47,116 nucleotides of DNA from IMG/VR virus record IMGVR_UViG_3300010361_000017, positions 1 to 47,116 of that record; one strand, written 5' to 3'. The position numbers and the translations under genes were made by a program. Below the pieces are notes generated by a model. It saw only the letters and a program-made list of their open reading frames with translations. It searched no databases and had not been told where the DNA came from. Shown here in pieces: positions 23,858 to 34,030 of the stretch. The stretch comes from a virus. Lineage: Duplodnaviria > Caudoviricetes. Each line of letters begins with the position of its first letter. Within the stretch, counting starts at the first letter, position 1.

Positions 23858-24747
23858 CAACCACACGCGGGGCGTTCAGTCAACTACTAGCTCCAGGTTT
23901 AATGGAGATTATGTATAATTGGCTTGCAATGCACCCGGAGGAATATTCCTTGTACATGAACGTCAAGGACACCAGCCGTGCGTATGAAGAGGATCAGCTC
24001 ATCAGCACAATCGGCAAGATGCCAACCAAACCGGAAGGAACCCCGATCAAATATCTCGACCCTCTCCAGGGCGGCTCCATTCGGTACACCCCCAACGGCT
24101 TCGGAATGGGCTGGCGGGTCACCCGTGAAATGATGCAGGATGACCAATACAACACGATCAGCCAAACTCCCCAGACGTTCACAATGTCCCTTCGTGAACT
24201 CGTGGAGGCAACCGCCGCAGCAGTCCTTAACGGTGCGTTTACGAGCACAGTCACCATCGATGGAGTATCCCTCTGTAACACGGCCCATCCTCTCCTGGGT
24301 GGTGGCACCTATAGCAACCGTTCCGCAACCGACGGTGCGATCAGCACCACTATCCTCCAGGAACTGATCATCCTCTACGAGAAGATGGTCAACGATGTCG
24401 GCATCCACGTCCGCAGCGTACCCCGTTACCTGTGGCACAGTCCCGACAAGCAGTTCATCGCCGGTGAGATCCTGAACAGTCAGTTCAAGCCCTACACCGG
24501 AAACAACGAGGTGAACGTAATGCAGGGACGCTTGGAACCCGCCGTCCTCCATTATCTCACCGCAGCCGGTCCCTTCTTTGTCGGTGCCGCAAAAGAAGAG
24601 ACCCGTCTGAAGTTTTACTGGCGCCAACGTCCCGAAACCGAAAGCCAGGACGACTTCGACACAAAGAGCGCAAAGTACAGTATCTTCTCGCGTTTTGTGG
24701 CCGGAGCAACTCACTGGACTGGTTTCGCGGGCAGCAATGGACCTTGA
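23854..24747 (+). CDS. major capsid protein (Mu gpT-like HK97 fold)
   Basis: ATG 23854 after AAGGAG; LLAPGL, SRAYEED, KPEG..I.Y, VTREMMQDDQY, DGVSLCNTAHPL, DFDT. Confidence 0.88.
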   Translation: MTTTRGAFSQLLAPGLMEIMYNWLAMHPEEYSLYMNVKDTSRAYEEDQLISTIGKMPTKPEGTPIKYLDPLQGGSIRYTPNGFGMGWRVTREMMQDDQYNTISQTPQTFTMSLRELVEATAAAVLNGAFTSTVTIDGVSLCNTAHPLLGGGTYSNRSATDGAISTTILQELIILYEKMVNDVGIHVRSVPRYLWHSPDKQFIAGEILNSQFKPYTGNNEVNVMQGRLEPAVLHYLTAAGPFFVGAAKEETRLKFYWRQRPETESQDDFDTKSAKYSIFSRFVAGATHWTGFAGSNGP

Positions 24748-24783
24748 CCTGAACCCTTAACCGCAGCCTGAAAGGAGGCCATA

Positions 24784-25164
24784 ATGCCAACAACAACGTA
24801 CGGCGGAGGGGTCCAAGGCATCGTCAACCACTACAAGGGTGCAGCGGACGCCCTCTCTGATTCCGGAGTCGCCGTGATCGATAGCACCCAGATCAACGCG
24901 GCGACTCTCGTCACTCCCGATCCCGGACTTTCCGACCCTACAATGCCGGGTCAGCCTGAAGGCGACGACGCAAAAGAGCTGTGGGTTGTCTCAACCACTG
25001 CCTTCGCACACACCGTCAAAACGCCCGCAGGTAAACTATTATGGGGCGGAACCAGTGCGGGAAATACCCTAACCTTTGCAGCAAAGGCGGGTGCAAACTG
25101 CCTGCTTCGCAGCATGAGCGGTTTCTGGATGGTGGTAGCAACACAGAACGTAACTCCGTCCTAG
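24784..25164 (+). CDS. virion structural protein (putative)
   Basis: 126 aa beta-rich; AAGGAGG SD. Confidence 0.65.
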   Translation: MPTTTYGGGVQGIVNHYKGAADALSDSGVAVIDSTQINAATLVTPDPGLSDPTMPGQPEGDDAKELWVVSTTAFAHTVKTPAGKLLWGGTSAGNTLTFAAKAGANCLLRSMSGFWMVVATQNVTPS

Positions 25165-25172
25165 GAGGTAAC

Positions 25173-25445
25173 ATGAACATCCTAAACGGGCGCCAATGGT
25201 CCCTGGATACCCCGGGGACCGTCTGGACGCGTGAAGTAAAGATCCTTCAGGTTTTCTTCACTGGTTACGGTCAAGCGACGGACGTAGCCACCCTCCAGAA
25301 CCTCGAAGGTACTATGGTGATCAACCTCAAAGGTACTGCTGACCTCCAGGAGGTTCGTACCGGTGCCTTTGGCTGGGTCCACGGGCTGATCCTAGCCTCT
25401 CTGACCCCAGCGACCACCGGAAAGGTAATCGTCGACGTCCTCTAA
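25173..25445 (+). CDS. virion structural protein (putative)
   Basis: ATG 25173 after AGGAGG; 90 aa beta-rich. Confidence 0.65.
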   Translation: MNILNGRQWSLDTPGTVWTREVKILQVFFTGYGQATDVATLQNLEGTMVINLKGTADLQEVRTGAFGWVHGLILASLTPATTGKVIVDVL

Positions 25446-27427
25446 TGCAAGCGAGTCACCGACACGACTTCACCGGTATCGAAGAAGATGTAGCGATCAA
25501 CACTTCAGGTAGCGGACTTCAATGGCACCAGCTTAGCTGGGTGATCCTTCAAGGATCTCTCCAGGATTGTCAGGTAGGACTTCAAAAGTCTGTAGACGGC
25601 GTTAACTGGACTGACCTAATCCCAGCTCAGGTGGTCACGGGCAGTGGCCAAAGCGCCGTCTTTCAGTGGTCGATCACCTACGTCCGCTTACGTACCACGC
25701 GTTTCGGTCCTCAAGGCGGTACACCCACCCTCTCGGTGAGCTGGACCGGGTGGGATTACGATCCAACCACAGGTTCCCTCCCTCCACCACCCGCACCCGA
25801 ACCAGCCGGAACCGTCTACGCAGGACCGGTTAGCGGAGGGAATGCAACCCCAACCTTTCGCGCACTTAACCGAACGGACATCCCGAACATCTCTGAAAGT
25901 CAGGTTGACAATCTGGTCACCGACCTCTCGACTCGTGCACCACTTGCCAACCCAGCTTTTAGCGGAATTCCAACTGCCCCGACACCTCCTGTCACCGATA
26001 ACGGAACCCGTCTAGCCACCACATCCTTCGTCCAATCTGCAATCGCGGTAGGTGCACCACCATCACCTCAGTCACCGAGCACCTTCTACGCCGGACCTGT
26101 CAGCGGCGCTTTCGCAACCCCAACCTTTCGCGGAATCGTCTCCACGGACGTCCCACCCATCCCCGAAAGCGGTGTGATCGGTCTAACAGCGGATCTTGCT
26201 GCAAAGGCACCCCTTGCCAGCCCGTCCTTTACCGGAACCCCTTCGGGGACCACAGCAACCCTAGGTGATAACACCACCCGGCTTGCCACCACCGCCTTCG
26301 TCCAGGCAGCCCTGACCGGAAGCGGTCTCGGTACTGTTACCTCCGTGGGCCTTGCAGCTCCTGCGGAGTTCAACGTCACCGGATCACCTGTCACGGGTTC
26401 AGGTACCCTGACCTTGACCAAAGCTGTCGAAGCGGCGAACAGTGTCTGGGCAGCACCTAACGGAGCGACAGGTCTACCTACCTTCCGTCTTCTCGTGGCC
26501 TCTGACATCCCTAACATCGCTGAAAGTCAAGTGACCGGACTGGTAGGTGACCTCGCAGCAAAGGCACCACTTGCAAGTCCAGCACTGACCGGGACACCAA
26601 CGTCTCCGACTCCATCCACAGCTGACAACAGTACAACGGTCGCAACCACAGCCTATGTAAAAAGCAACCTATCTTCCTACGCACCCTTGGCAAGTCCAGC
26701 CCTTACCGGCACTCCCACGGCTCCCACAGCAGCCGTAACCGACAACAGTACAACCCTTGCCACCACGGCTTTCGTAAAAGGTGGTTACCGTCTCAAACGT
26801 ATCTTTACACTCACCTCGAGTCAAACCTACACTCTCACCAGCGATATCCGTGCACTCTACGTCGAAGCGATCGGTGGTGGCGGCGGCTCAGGTGCTCTTC
26901 CTGCAACAAGTTCTAACGCCTCGGTATCCGGCGGAGGTGGCTCTGGCGGCTACAGCGCGAGCTGGTTAAGCTCCCCCGCTGCAAGCTACACGGTAACAAT
27001 CGGAGGTGGTGGCGCAGCCGGAACTAGCGGTGGTGCAGGTGGCAACGGTGGTGCAACCTCCTTTGGTTCCAACCCAATTGCTAACGGTGGAGGTGGTGGT
27101 GCGGCAGGAACCGCTGCAGGCACCACAGCCGCATCCTCAAACGGCGGTGCAGCCGCAACCGCAGGTACCGGTGACATCTCTCTAGGCGGCATGGCTGGTC
27201 ACGACGGTGTGGTTGTTAGCGGAACCCTGGCCGCAAGCGGCGGTGGAGCTCCAGGACCGTGGGGTGGCGGTACCCCAATCTTCTGGCGGGCTTCAAGCGT
27301 CGCAGGGGCGGTTACCGGTGCCGGGTTTGGTTCCGGAGGTGGCGGTCTCGTTTTCAGCACTACCCACGCGGCACTGAGCGGCTCCTTAGGTGCCGGCGGA
27401 GCCGTTCGCATCTGGGAATTCATCTGA
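25445..27427 (+). CDS. tail/head fibre protein with internal repeats and Gly-rich C-terminal domain
   Basis: Four APLAxPxxxGxPxxxT..DNxTxxATTx(F/Y)V repeats, three PTFR...DxPxIxES repeats, polyglycine C-terminal domain. Confidence 0.8.
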   Translation: MQASHRHDFTGIEEDVAINTSGSGLQWHQLSWVILQGSLQDCQVGLQKSVDGVNWTDLIPAQVVTGSGQSAVFQWSITYVRLRTTRFGPQGGTPTLSVSWTGWDYDPTTGSLPPPPAPEPAGTVYAGPVSGGNATPTFRALNRTDIPNISESQVDNLVTDLSTRAPLANPAFSGIPTAPTPPVTDNGTRLATTSFVQSAIAVGAPPSPQSPSTFYAGPVSGAFATPTFRGIVSTDVPPIPESGVIGLTADLAAKAPLASPSFTGTPSGTTATLGDNTTRLATTAFVQAALTGSGLGTVTSVGLAAPAEFNVTGSPVTGSGTLTLTKAVEAANSVWAAPNGATGLPTFRLLVASDIPNIAESQVTGLVGDLAAKAPLASPALTGTPTSPTPSTADNSTTVATTAYVKSNLSSYAPLASPALTGTPTAPTAAVTDNSTTLATTAFVKGGYRLKRIFTLTSSQTYTLTSDIRALYVEAIGGGGGSGALPATSSNASVSGGGGSGGYSASWLSSPAASYTVTIGGGGAAGTSGGAGGNGGATSFGSNPIANGGGGGAAGTAAGTTAASSNGGAAATAGTGDISLGGMAGHDGVVVSGTLAASGGGAPGPWGGGTPIFWRASSVAGAVTGAGFGSGGGGLVFSTTHAALSGSLGAGGAVRIWEFI

Positions 27428-27439
27428 AGGGAGACAAGG

Positions 27440-28708
27440 ATGTCGTACATCACAAGTGATGAAATCGTACCCTATCCGGCCCACGCACCTGATCTCGGCG
27501 TGGCTAACTCCTGGATCTCCGACCCCTTTTGTGGTAACCGAATCTTACGGGTGACTGATCAGGGCAGCTTCATCAATCCAGGTGCAAGCACACTCTCTGC
27601 GAGTGAAGCCGAGGCATGGAGCCTGGACGGTGAGTTCTTCACGCTTATCAACCGTTCGAGTGGAGGTACCGTCCTTTATAGTTTCAATCCTGTAGACTTC
27701 ACGACTCAAAGTCTCGGTCCCTTAAACCTCGGCAGCCCTGAATTCAGCCAGCACAGCCCACGTGTGGTATACGGAACAAAAGACCTTCAGGTTCGTCGCC
27801 TGGACCTCGAGAGCGGAACCAACAAACTCATCATCGACTTCCGTGACTTCACCGAGGAACTCCAAATACCGGTCAGCCCGCGTTGGTACCTTAACAGTCT
27901 GACGGTGGACTACTGGGAGCATCGTGTAGCATGCAACATGGGCCCGGGCCAGGATCAAAACGCCCTACTGTTAGTCTGGGATACCATTGAAGGTCTCACC
28001 TGGCTGAACACCCAAACAGGTCAGTTCAGTGAGTTTGGCGGACGTGGTTCCGGCCAAGTGCCTAACTGGCTCCCTTTTGGTATTCACAACTGTCGGATCA
28101 GCCGGAACGGTGACACCCTTCGTAGCAGCGGTGCAGGAAATAACGCTCGAGCCTTCTGGCGGCCTGGTACCAATCTATTCCAGAACGTGACCCCCAGCCC
28201 GGATGTTCCGATCTCGGGGCACACGGCCCTTGGTTTCGACACCTACTTCGGTGCTCGCCTGACCCAGACACCTTTTGAATTTATCCTGGCACCTTTGTGG
28301 AACATCCCACTCTATCTCGACCTGATGAACCCAATCCCGCCTAACGTCCCAGGTTGGTGGAGTGACTACCATATCAGCACCCGCGCCCTGGCAGGTGATG
28401 TGACTCCACTGTACATCTCCAGTTACAACCTTCAAGGGAACCCAAAAGGGCCGGGACCTCCTACTTCCACCGTGCCTGGTGACAACGAAATCTTTACTGT
28501 GTCAACTCACGTCACCGGCCAAGTCCGGCGGTACGGCCACCACTACAGCACCGGTACCGGTAACTTCTACAACAGTCCACGTGGGAACATCTCCCCCAAC
28601 GGCCGTTTCTTTGTGTTTACCTCTGACTGGTATCAGTCCCTTGGAGGCAGCTACCCCAACCAACGGAGTGATGTCTTCATCCTAGAGCTCGAGGAGGTCT
28701 CAGTATGA
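27440..28708 (+). CDS. beta-propeller-like putative receptor-binding/lyase-like protein
   Basis: GNRILRVTD, AWSLDG, PRGNISPNGRFFVFTSDW (TolB/oligogalacturonate-lyase-like blades). Confidence 0.55.
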   Translation: MSYITSDEIVPYPAHAPDLGVANSWISDPFCGNRILRVTDQGSFINPGASTLSASEAEAWSLDGEFFTLINRSSGGTVLYSFNPVDFTTQSLGPLNLGSPEFSQHSPRVVYGTKDLQVRRLDLESGTNKLIIDFRDFTEELQIPVSPRWYLNSLTVDYWEHRVACNMGPGQDQNALLLVWDTIEGLTWLNTQTGQFSEFGGRGSGQVPNWLPFGIHNCRISRNGDTLRSSGAGNNARAFWRPGTNLFQNVTPSPDVPISGHTALGFDTYFGARLTQTPFEFILAPLWNIPLYLDLMNPIPPNVPGWWSDYHISTRALAGDVTPLYISSYNLQGNPKGPGPPTSTVPGDNEIFTVSTHVTGQVRRYGHHYSTGTGNFYNSPRGNISPNGRFFVFTSDWYQSLGGSYPNQRSDVFILELEEVSV

Positions 28709-30684
28709 AACGACGAATCCTAGCCTTTCTCATCTGTCTAATAAGTCTCACACCTGTTCGGTTCATCGCAGACCCCTCGAAATGTAACGTGACCGGTATC
28801 ATCGGCGACGCTGGAGGTAACCAAGCCCTTAAAGGTACTGTTGTATTCAACATCATCCCACAGAGCACCTCCAATATGTACCGCGTAGTCGGCACAAGTG
28901 TCATTGCCCCGACCACAGTAACGTGTCCAATCCTACCGAGCAGCCCAGGGACACCTAACGTGAACTGCACGGTTTGGGGCAACGATAATATCACTCCCGC
29001 GGGTACCGTCTACCAAGTCGTCTTTAAGCCAAACGGGGTCCAAACCCAAGTGTGGCAAGGTATCTACATCTTCGGACCTACCTATGACCTCTCGCACCCC
29101 ACCACGGGTGCACCTAACGTCCAGCAACCTCAATTCGTAATCCCTTCGGGTTCAGTCCCCAACAACCTCTTTCCGGCTGCGGATAACGCTTTCAATCTTG
29201 GCACGGACACCTCCAAGTGGGCAACCATTCATGCATATAGCCTGGACATCGCAAACTTCCAAACGCCCTTGTTGACCACTAACAATGTTACGGTTAACGG
29301 ACCTCTCACAGCAAGTAGCGCTACGGTTAACGGACCTCTAGTTGCAAGTTCAGTCAAAGGTTCCATACAAGACACCGGCGGCCAAGTCTACAACGTCAAG
29401 GCTTACGGTGCCGTTGGTAACGGATCGACCAACGATCTTACCTCCATTAACAACGCCCAAAGCGCAGCTTGCTCTGCTGGTGGAGGTGTCATCCGTTTTC
29501 CTCACGGCACCTATCCGGTAGGTACGGGAATCACGGTGTCCTGCAACAACTTAACCTTTGAAGGCGAAGGTAAATCATCCTCGCACCTAATCTGTAACAC
29601 AGGTGCAAGTTCGGTTTGTTTTAACGTACTTAATGTTTCCAACATCAACATTCGGGGACTGGACATCGACGGTCAGAGCAACACCATTGGACCAGGTAAC
29701 TGTCCGGTAACCATCAGCAACTCAAGCTACGTTCGTGTCGAGAACGACTACGTTCACGACGGCGCTAACTGTAACATCTTAGTTGAAACCACCTCGTCTT
29801 ATGTGTCCGTCCTAAACAACTGGATAGGTAATGTTTGGGGTTCAACTCCCGGTGCTGGAATCGAAATCGGAAACAACGTTACCAGTTCGGTCGTTAGCGG
29901 TAACATGCTAACCCAAAACAACGCTAACACGGGCGAAATCATGATTGATGTAAACTGGGCTTCCGGAATCATACTTAACGAAAACATACTCAACATGAAT
30001 GCCAGTACCTACGCCGGACTTGAAGTTGAGGCAAGCTCGGGCAACGTGTCCGATATCTCAGCCGTTGGTAACACTGTAATCTCTTCTACTCAACACGGTA
30101 TCGGGATCTACCTGGCCGTCGGTGGCGGTACCGCTCACGTGCTCTCTAACGTATCAGTTACCGGCGGTACCTTAAACGGTGCTTACCTATACATAAACGA
30201 TGCAAACTCAACAAATCCGGTGATGCACGGGCTTTCGATCAGTGGGGTAACCCTTACAAACTATGCAGGCAACGGTTGTATGCAGCTTGTAGGCAGCGGA
30301 TCAGGTGCAGTCTGGCAGGGACTCTCCATCTCAGGTAACACATTCTACACTTGTGGCAGTAGCGGAAGCGGAGCTGTCTACACACTAAACGCAGGAGCGA
30401 ATCGTTCATTCTCCTTTTTCGGTAATACCATACGTAACTCACCCGCAGGAACCTACGGTCTGTTTCAAACCGGCGGTTTGGCAGGTTTGATCAACTGGGG
30501 GGATAACGACACCTCTGGTGCTCCAGCCGGACCTATCAACACAGCCTCGAATATTTTAGGCACGATTCTCCTTAGTGGGGCGCCTGGAGCTGCCTGTCAG
30601 TCAGGTGCTCTCGCAACTAGTTCAGCTGGCGGTGCTACGACAACCCTGTATGTTTGTGCAGCAGGCGCTTGGGTGAGTAAATAG
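28705..30684 (+). CDS. tailspike-like right-handed beta-helix (pectate_lyase_3-type) protein
   Basis: VYNVKAYGAVGNGSTND...GGGVIRFPHGTY, N-rich repeats; N-terminal MKRRILAFLICLISL hydrophobic segment. Confidence 0.8.
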   Translation: MKRRILAFLICLISLTPVRFIADPSKCNVTGIIGDAGGNQALKGTVVFNIIPQSTSNMYRVVGTSVIAPTTVTCPILPSSPGTPNVNCTVWGNDNITPAGTVYQVVFKPNGVQTQVWQGIYIFGPTYDLSHPTTGAPNVQQPQFVIPSGSVPNNLFPAADNAFNLGTDTSKWATIHAYSLDIANFQTPLLTTNNVTVNGPLTASSATVNGPLVASSVKGSIQDTGGQVYNVKAYGAVGNGSTNDLTSINNAQSAACSAGGGVIRFPHGTYPVGTGITVSCNNLTFEGEGKSSSHLICNTGASSVCFNVLNVSNINIRGLDIDGQSNTIGPGNCPVTISNSSYVRVENDYVHDGANCNILVETTSSYVSVLNNWIGNVWGSTPGAGIEIGNNVTSSVVSGNMLTQNNANTGEIMIDVNWASGIILNENILNMNASTYAGLEVEASSGNVSDISAVGNTVISSTQHGIGIYLAVGGGTAHVLSNVSVTGGTLNGAYLYINDANSTNPVMHGLSISGVTLTNYAGNGCMQLVGSGSGAVWQGLSISGNTFYTCGSSGSGAVYTLNAGANRSFSFFGNTIRNSPAGTYGLFQTGGLAGLINWGDNDTSGAPAGPINTASNILGTILLSGAPGAACQSGALATSSAGGATTTLYVCAAGAWVSK

Positions 30685-30924
30685 ATGCCACGCCACCTTG
30701 GAATCCGTGGAGTTGCTTGGGGGAGATGTGATGTATGTGGACGTGAGTATCCACTTCATCAGCTCAGAATCCAACTGGGCATCTTAAAGTGCCCACGGGA
30801 TGTTGACAACCTCGATGTGATGAGACGGGCGAACACAATCGCACAGATTCTCCAAACGCCAGAGGACCAGCCCGAACTGGGTGTCGAAAACGCACTTCAG
30901 CAGAGTGAAGACATCTTCTTCTAA
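30685..30924 (+). CDS. small zinc-ribbon-like protein
   Basis: WGRCDVCG...LKCPRD. Confidence 0.65.
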   Translation: MPRHLGIRGVAWGRCDVCGREYPLHQLRIQLGILKCPRDVDNLDVMRRANTIAQILQTPEDQPELGVENALQQSEDIFF

Positions 30925-30933
30925 AGGAGGCGG

Positions 30934-31680
30934 ATGTACACCATAAGCGATCGACGTGGAATCGTTCAGGTTTACCTAAGTAACCGTGCGGACCTGGCGG
31001 TTAAGTCAAGCACCCTGCCGTCACCTTTCAACAACCGGCCGATGATCGATCATTGGTTGATGGAGTCCTACCTCGACCTTGGAAACAACTACGACTTTGA
31101 AGACATGGAGGTAGGTCCCTTCTTTACCGCTTGTGCTGGTGACAACATCACACAATACATCCCGTTTCCAGGTGACGTGCGTGCGATCAAACAAGTCATG
31201 ATCAGCCCGACATTCGACAACCGGTGGTACCCCCTCCTGGGACCTAAGAACATCAAGGTGATTACTCGTACCACGATTGTCAGTCCAGGGCGCCCGAGTC
31301 AATGGGCACGGTTTGGTTACAACCTTTGGTTCGATCGGATCCCAGACCGATCCTACCCCATCATGCTCTTTTACTGGCAGAAACCTCAAATCGTCTATGA
31401 TAGCTCGCTGACAAGCCAAAGCGATGTGGACACAACCCCGCTTCTGATGCCAGATGACTGGCTTGAGATCCTGGACCGTGAAGCGGAGCTCCGAGGTTGG
31501 ATCTACCTTCAGAACAACGACAAAATCAACCGTGCACGTACCCTGATCTACGGTGACCCAAAGGATCCTACCAATCCCGGACTAATCAAGGAGAAGCAGA
31601 TGTGCCGTACAGCCGAACGTATCGATCAGGACTATGCGTTCGACCCCGTAAGGATACAATGTACCTATGGCGCAAGGTGA
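30934..31680 (+). CDS. putative head-tail adaptor / tail tubular protein A
   Basis: GRPSQW..FG..LWFD.IPDRSY, LLMPDDW pattern; position. Confidence 0.6.
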   Translation: MYTISDRRGIVQVYLSNRADLAVKSSTLPSPFNNRPMIDHWLMESYLDLGNNYDFEDMEVGPFFTACAGDNITQYIPFPGDVRAIKQVMISPTFDNRWYPLLGPKNIKVITRTTIVSPGRPSQWARFGYNLWFDRIPDRSYPIMLFYWQKPQIVYDSSLTSQSDVDTTPLLMPDDWLEILDREAELRGWIYLQNNDKINRARTLIYGDPKDPTNPGLIKEKQMCRTAERIDQDYAFDPVRIQCTYGAR

Positions 31681-32740
31681 TCGGCACCGTCCGTTGATGC
31701 AAGGTCCTTGGCCTGGACTCACCGCTCAGGCTTTTACCGGTGTCCCAGCTAACGCTATGCAGGCATGCTCGAACTGGCTCGAAATCGACGGATACCTCCA
31801 GAGCAGAAACCGTTTCCTGAGCATGGGTCAGGCTGACGGCAGTTACCCCCTCCTTGTAGGTAACTTCCAGGATATTAACAACAACTGGCATTCGTACTAT
31901 ATCTCAGGGACTAACCTGTACTACCTGACCTTTAACACAAGCAGCCTTCCTGTCACCGTAACCTTCAACCTAATCAGTACTCTTGCACCGATCAACTTCC
32001 CTGCAAGCGCCGTCGGGATGTATCGTAAGGTGCACTTTAGCGGTGACGGAGGTCAACAAATCCTGGTTACCGATGGTTCCAGCACCCTGGGTGTGGACAC
32101 CAACGTCTTCGGCGCCAGATACCTCGGGAGCCTCGATAGTCACCTAATCGGATGCTACACCAACGAAAGTGGAACCATCTACCCTTACCGTGTCCGTTGG
32201 AGTGGAAGCGGTGACCCTACCGACTACACCAGCTTTAGCTCAGGGCTTTCGGACCTGGTTGACTGCTGGGATGGCATCAATGGATACGCAACCCTGAACT
32301 ACTACGGTTACGTGTTCCGTGAGAACGGTATGACAATCATGGCGCCCACCGGGAACGGTCAGTCACCGTTCAGTTTCGAACCGCTCAGTAACGCACCTCA
32401 GGGAGTTGGGGTCCGGTACATCGGCACTCTTGCAGTGTTCGGATCCACATGTGCCTTTGTAAGCTCGGATGACGTCTACCTCTTCGACGGAACACGTTTC
32501 AGTGGTATCGGCGGAATTGCGAACAGTGCACTCTCCCAAGCGCTTGAAGGTCGCGGGATCGTTTACTTCTCCTCCCTGGTACCCTTTTTCAGTGAAGGCG
32601 GTGAGGTGAAACGCCTCTTCTACGTCCTCGTCATCGGAAGCCAGATCTGGGTCTGTAACGTCAAAACAAGCAGTTGGGTCACCTGGCAGGTAGGTAGCAG
32701 TACCTTTACCCCAACCTGCCTCGGGATGGTAACCACATGA
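31667..32740 (+). CDS. putative tail nozzle / DNA stabilization protein, N-terminal part
   Basis: RVRWSGSGDPTDY, YVFREN, FVSSDDVYLFDG..IG propeller pattern. Confidence 0.65.
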   Translation: MAQGDRHRPLMQGPWPGLTAQAFTGVPANAMQACSNWLEIDGYLQSRNRFLSMGQADGSYPLLVGNFQDINNNWHSYYISGTNLYYLTFNTSSLPVTVTFNLISTLAPINFPASAVGMYRKVHFSGDGGQQILVTDGSSTLGVDTNVFGARYLGSLDSHLIGCYTNESGTIYPYRVRWSGSGDPTDYTSFSSGLSDLVDCWDGINGYATLNYYGYVFRENGMTIMAPTGNGQSPFSFEPLSNAPQGVGVRYIGTLAVFGSTCAFVSSDDVYLFDGTRFSGIGGIANSALSQALEGRGIVYFSSLVPFFSEGGEVKRLFYVLVIGSQIWVCNVKTSSWVTWQVGSSTFTPTCLGMVTT

Positions 32741-33207
32741 CATCGGTCTTCAACGTCCAAGGGAACCAGGGCCTTTTTGTGATCGCGGGGGCTGACGGTA
32801 CAAACCGCCCAAGCTTTCTGTGTGATCCTTCAGGTGACCTAATGTGTGAACAGGTTGCGACCTTCACTACAATCTGGCACTGGCAGGATCTGGGAGGCAC
32901 GCGTAAAACTCCAAACCGCCTGGGTATCGTCTATGTATACAATCCAACGAATCAGGTCAATCAGGTTACTGCAATGGTGACCGTGAGCGCTTTTATCAAG
33001 GGGCAGCTAGTATCAAGCACGAAACAGATCACCCTGAACGGTTTCGGTACAAGTTCTCAAGAAGGTCCTGCTCGCGAATGGTCTGACTTCGATACCCTGG
33101 AAGGTGAGTTCATCCAAGTCTCTGTTAGCATTCCAACCGGTCCGCTTCAAATCATCGCCCTGGACCTCGACGAAGCTGAAGGTGGAGAAGCGTTTGAAAA
33201 TACCTAA
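32737..33207 (+). CDS. putative tail protein (possible C-terminal part of nozzle)
   Basis: 156 aa beta-rich; ATGA overlap with the preceding gene. Confidence 0.55.
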   Translation: MTSVFNVQGNQGLFVIAGADGTNRPSFLCDPSGDLMCEQVATFTTIWHWQDLGGTRKTPNRLGIVYVYNPTNQVNQVTAMVTVSAFIKGQLVSSTKQITLNGFGTSSQEGPAREWSDFDTLEGEFIQVSVSIPTGPLQIIALDLDEAEGGEAFENT

Positions 33208-33547
33208 CCTAGAACCCGTTATCGAGGACGTACCGAAGTGGCTTCAGCGTTTCCTTGTAACCTGGCGACTTGTCCGTCGAGTCGTCAACGGTGGGCTTGA
33301 ATTCGGTAGCCCAACAATCGGAACCGTCAACATGAAGGGCGCTTGGGCAACTGGCACGACCCCAAGCGGTGGTGCTGAATTCGCAGTAACTCACAACCTT
33401 GGGTATATCCCCACCGGATTTCTCGTTTGGTCCCTTGGAGGTTCTGCAACCATATACAGTAGCACAGGAGGTACACCTTGGAACAAATCACAGATATTTC
33501 TGAAGTGCGCGGGCGGGAGCGTAACCTACACCCTGTTCATCTCCTAA
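33194..33547 (+). CDS. putative tail protein
   Basis: TTG 33194 after GGAG; VTHNLGYIPTGF motif. Confidence 0.6.
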   Translation: MKIPNLEPVIEDVPKWLQRFLVTWRLVRRVVNGGLEFGSPTIGTVNMKGAWATGTTPSGGAEFAVTHNLGYIPTGFLVWSLGGSATIYSSTGGTPWNKSQIFLKCAGGSVTYTLFIS

Positions 33548-33558
33548 AGGAGGTGGAT

Positions 33559-34029
33559 GTGACCGACCAGATGGAGATGGAGGACATCTGGAATCACATC
33601 AAGGACTTGGACTATACCTGGGATGATCTAACAAAGGATCGGGTTGACATGTGGATCCTCGCGCTCCAAATGCCCACGACAAAGGTTTTCCGGATCAGTA
33701 CCGTTGGCATTGTGGTCTTTGCAAACATACGTTACCCCGTAGAAGCTGCGGTACACCACGCCATCTGGGCGCCCATGCGTGAAGTGGCACCTCTAAAACG
33801 CCAGGCAATGCACGAAATCTTCTCTCTTGCCTTTGACCAGTGGAAACTAAACCGTCTCAGTACCTTTGTCCCAGACACCAACAAGGGTGCGGCTGCCTTC
33901 GCCCTCTCAGCAGGTTACCGTTTCGAAGGCTGCTGTCGTAAAGCATGGCTCAAGGATGGACACTACCATGACGTGAGCCTGTTTGGTATTCTGCGGTATG
34001 AGTGGGAACGCCGCAAGAAAGTGAACTAA
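33559..34029 (+). CDS. GNAT acetyltransferase (RimJ/RimL-like)
   Basis: LNRLSTFVPDTNKGA...GYRFEG..RKA...G.YHD...FGIL; GTG 33559 after AAGGAGG. Confidence 0.8.
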   Translation: MTDQMEMEDIWNHIKDLDYTWDDLTKDRVDMWILALQMPTTKVFRISTVGIVVFANIRYPVEAAVHHAIWAPMREVAPLKRQAMHEIFSLAFDQWKLNRLSTFVPDTNKGAAAFALSAGYRFEGCCRKAWLKDGHYHDVSLFGILRYEWERRKKVN

Positions 34030-34030
34030 C

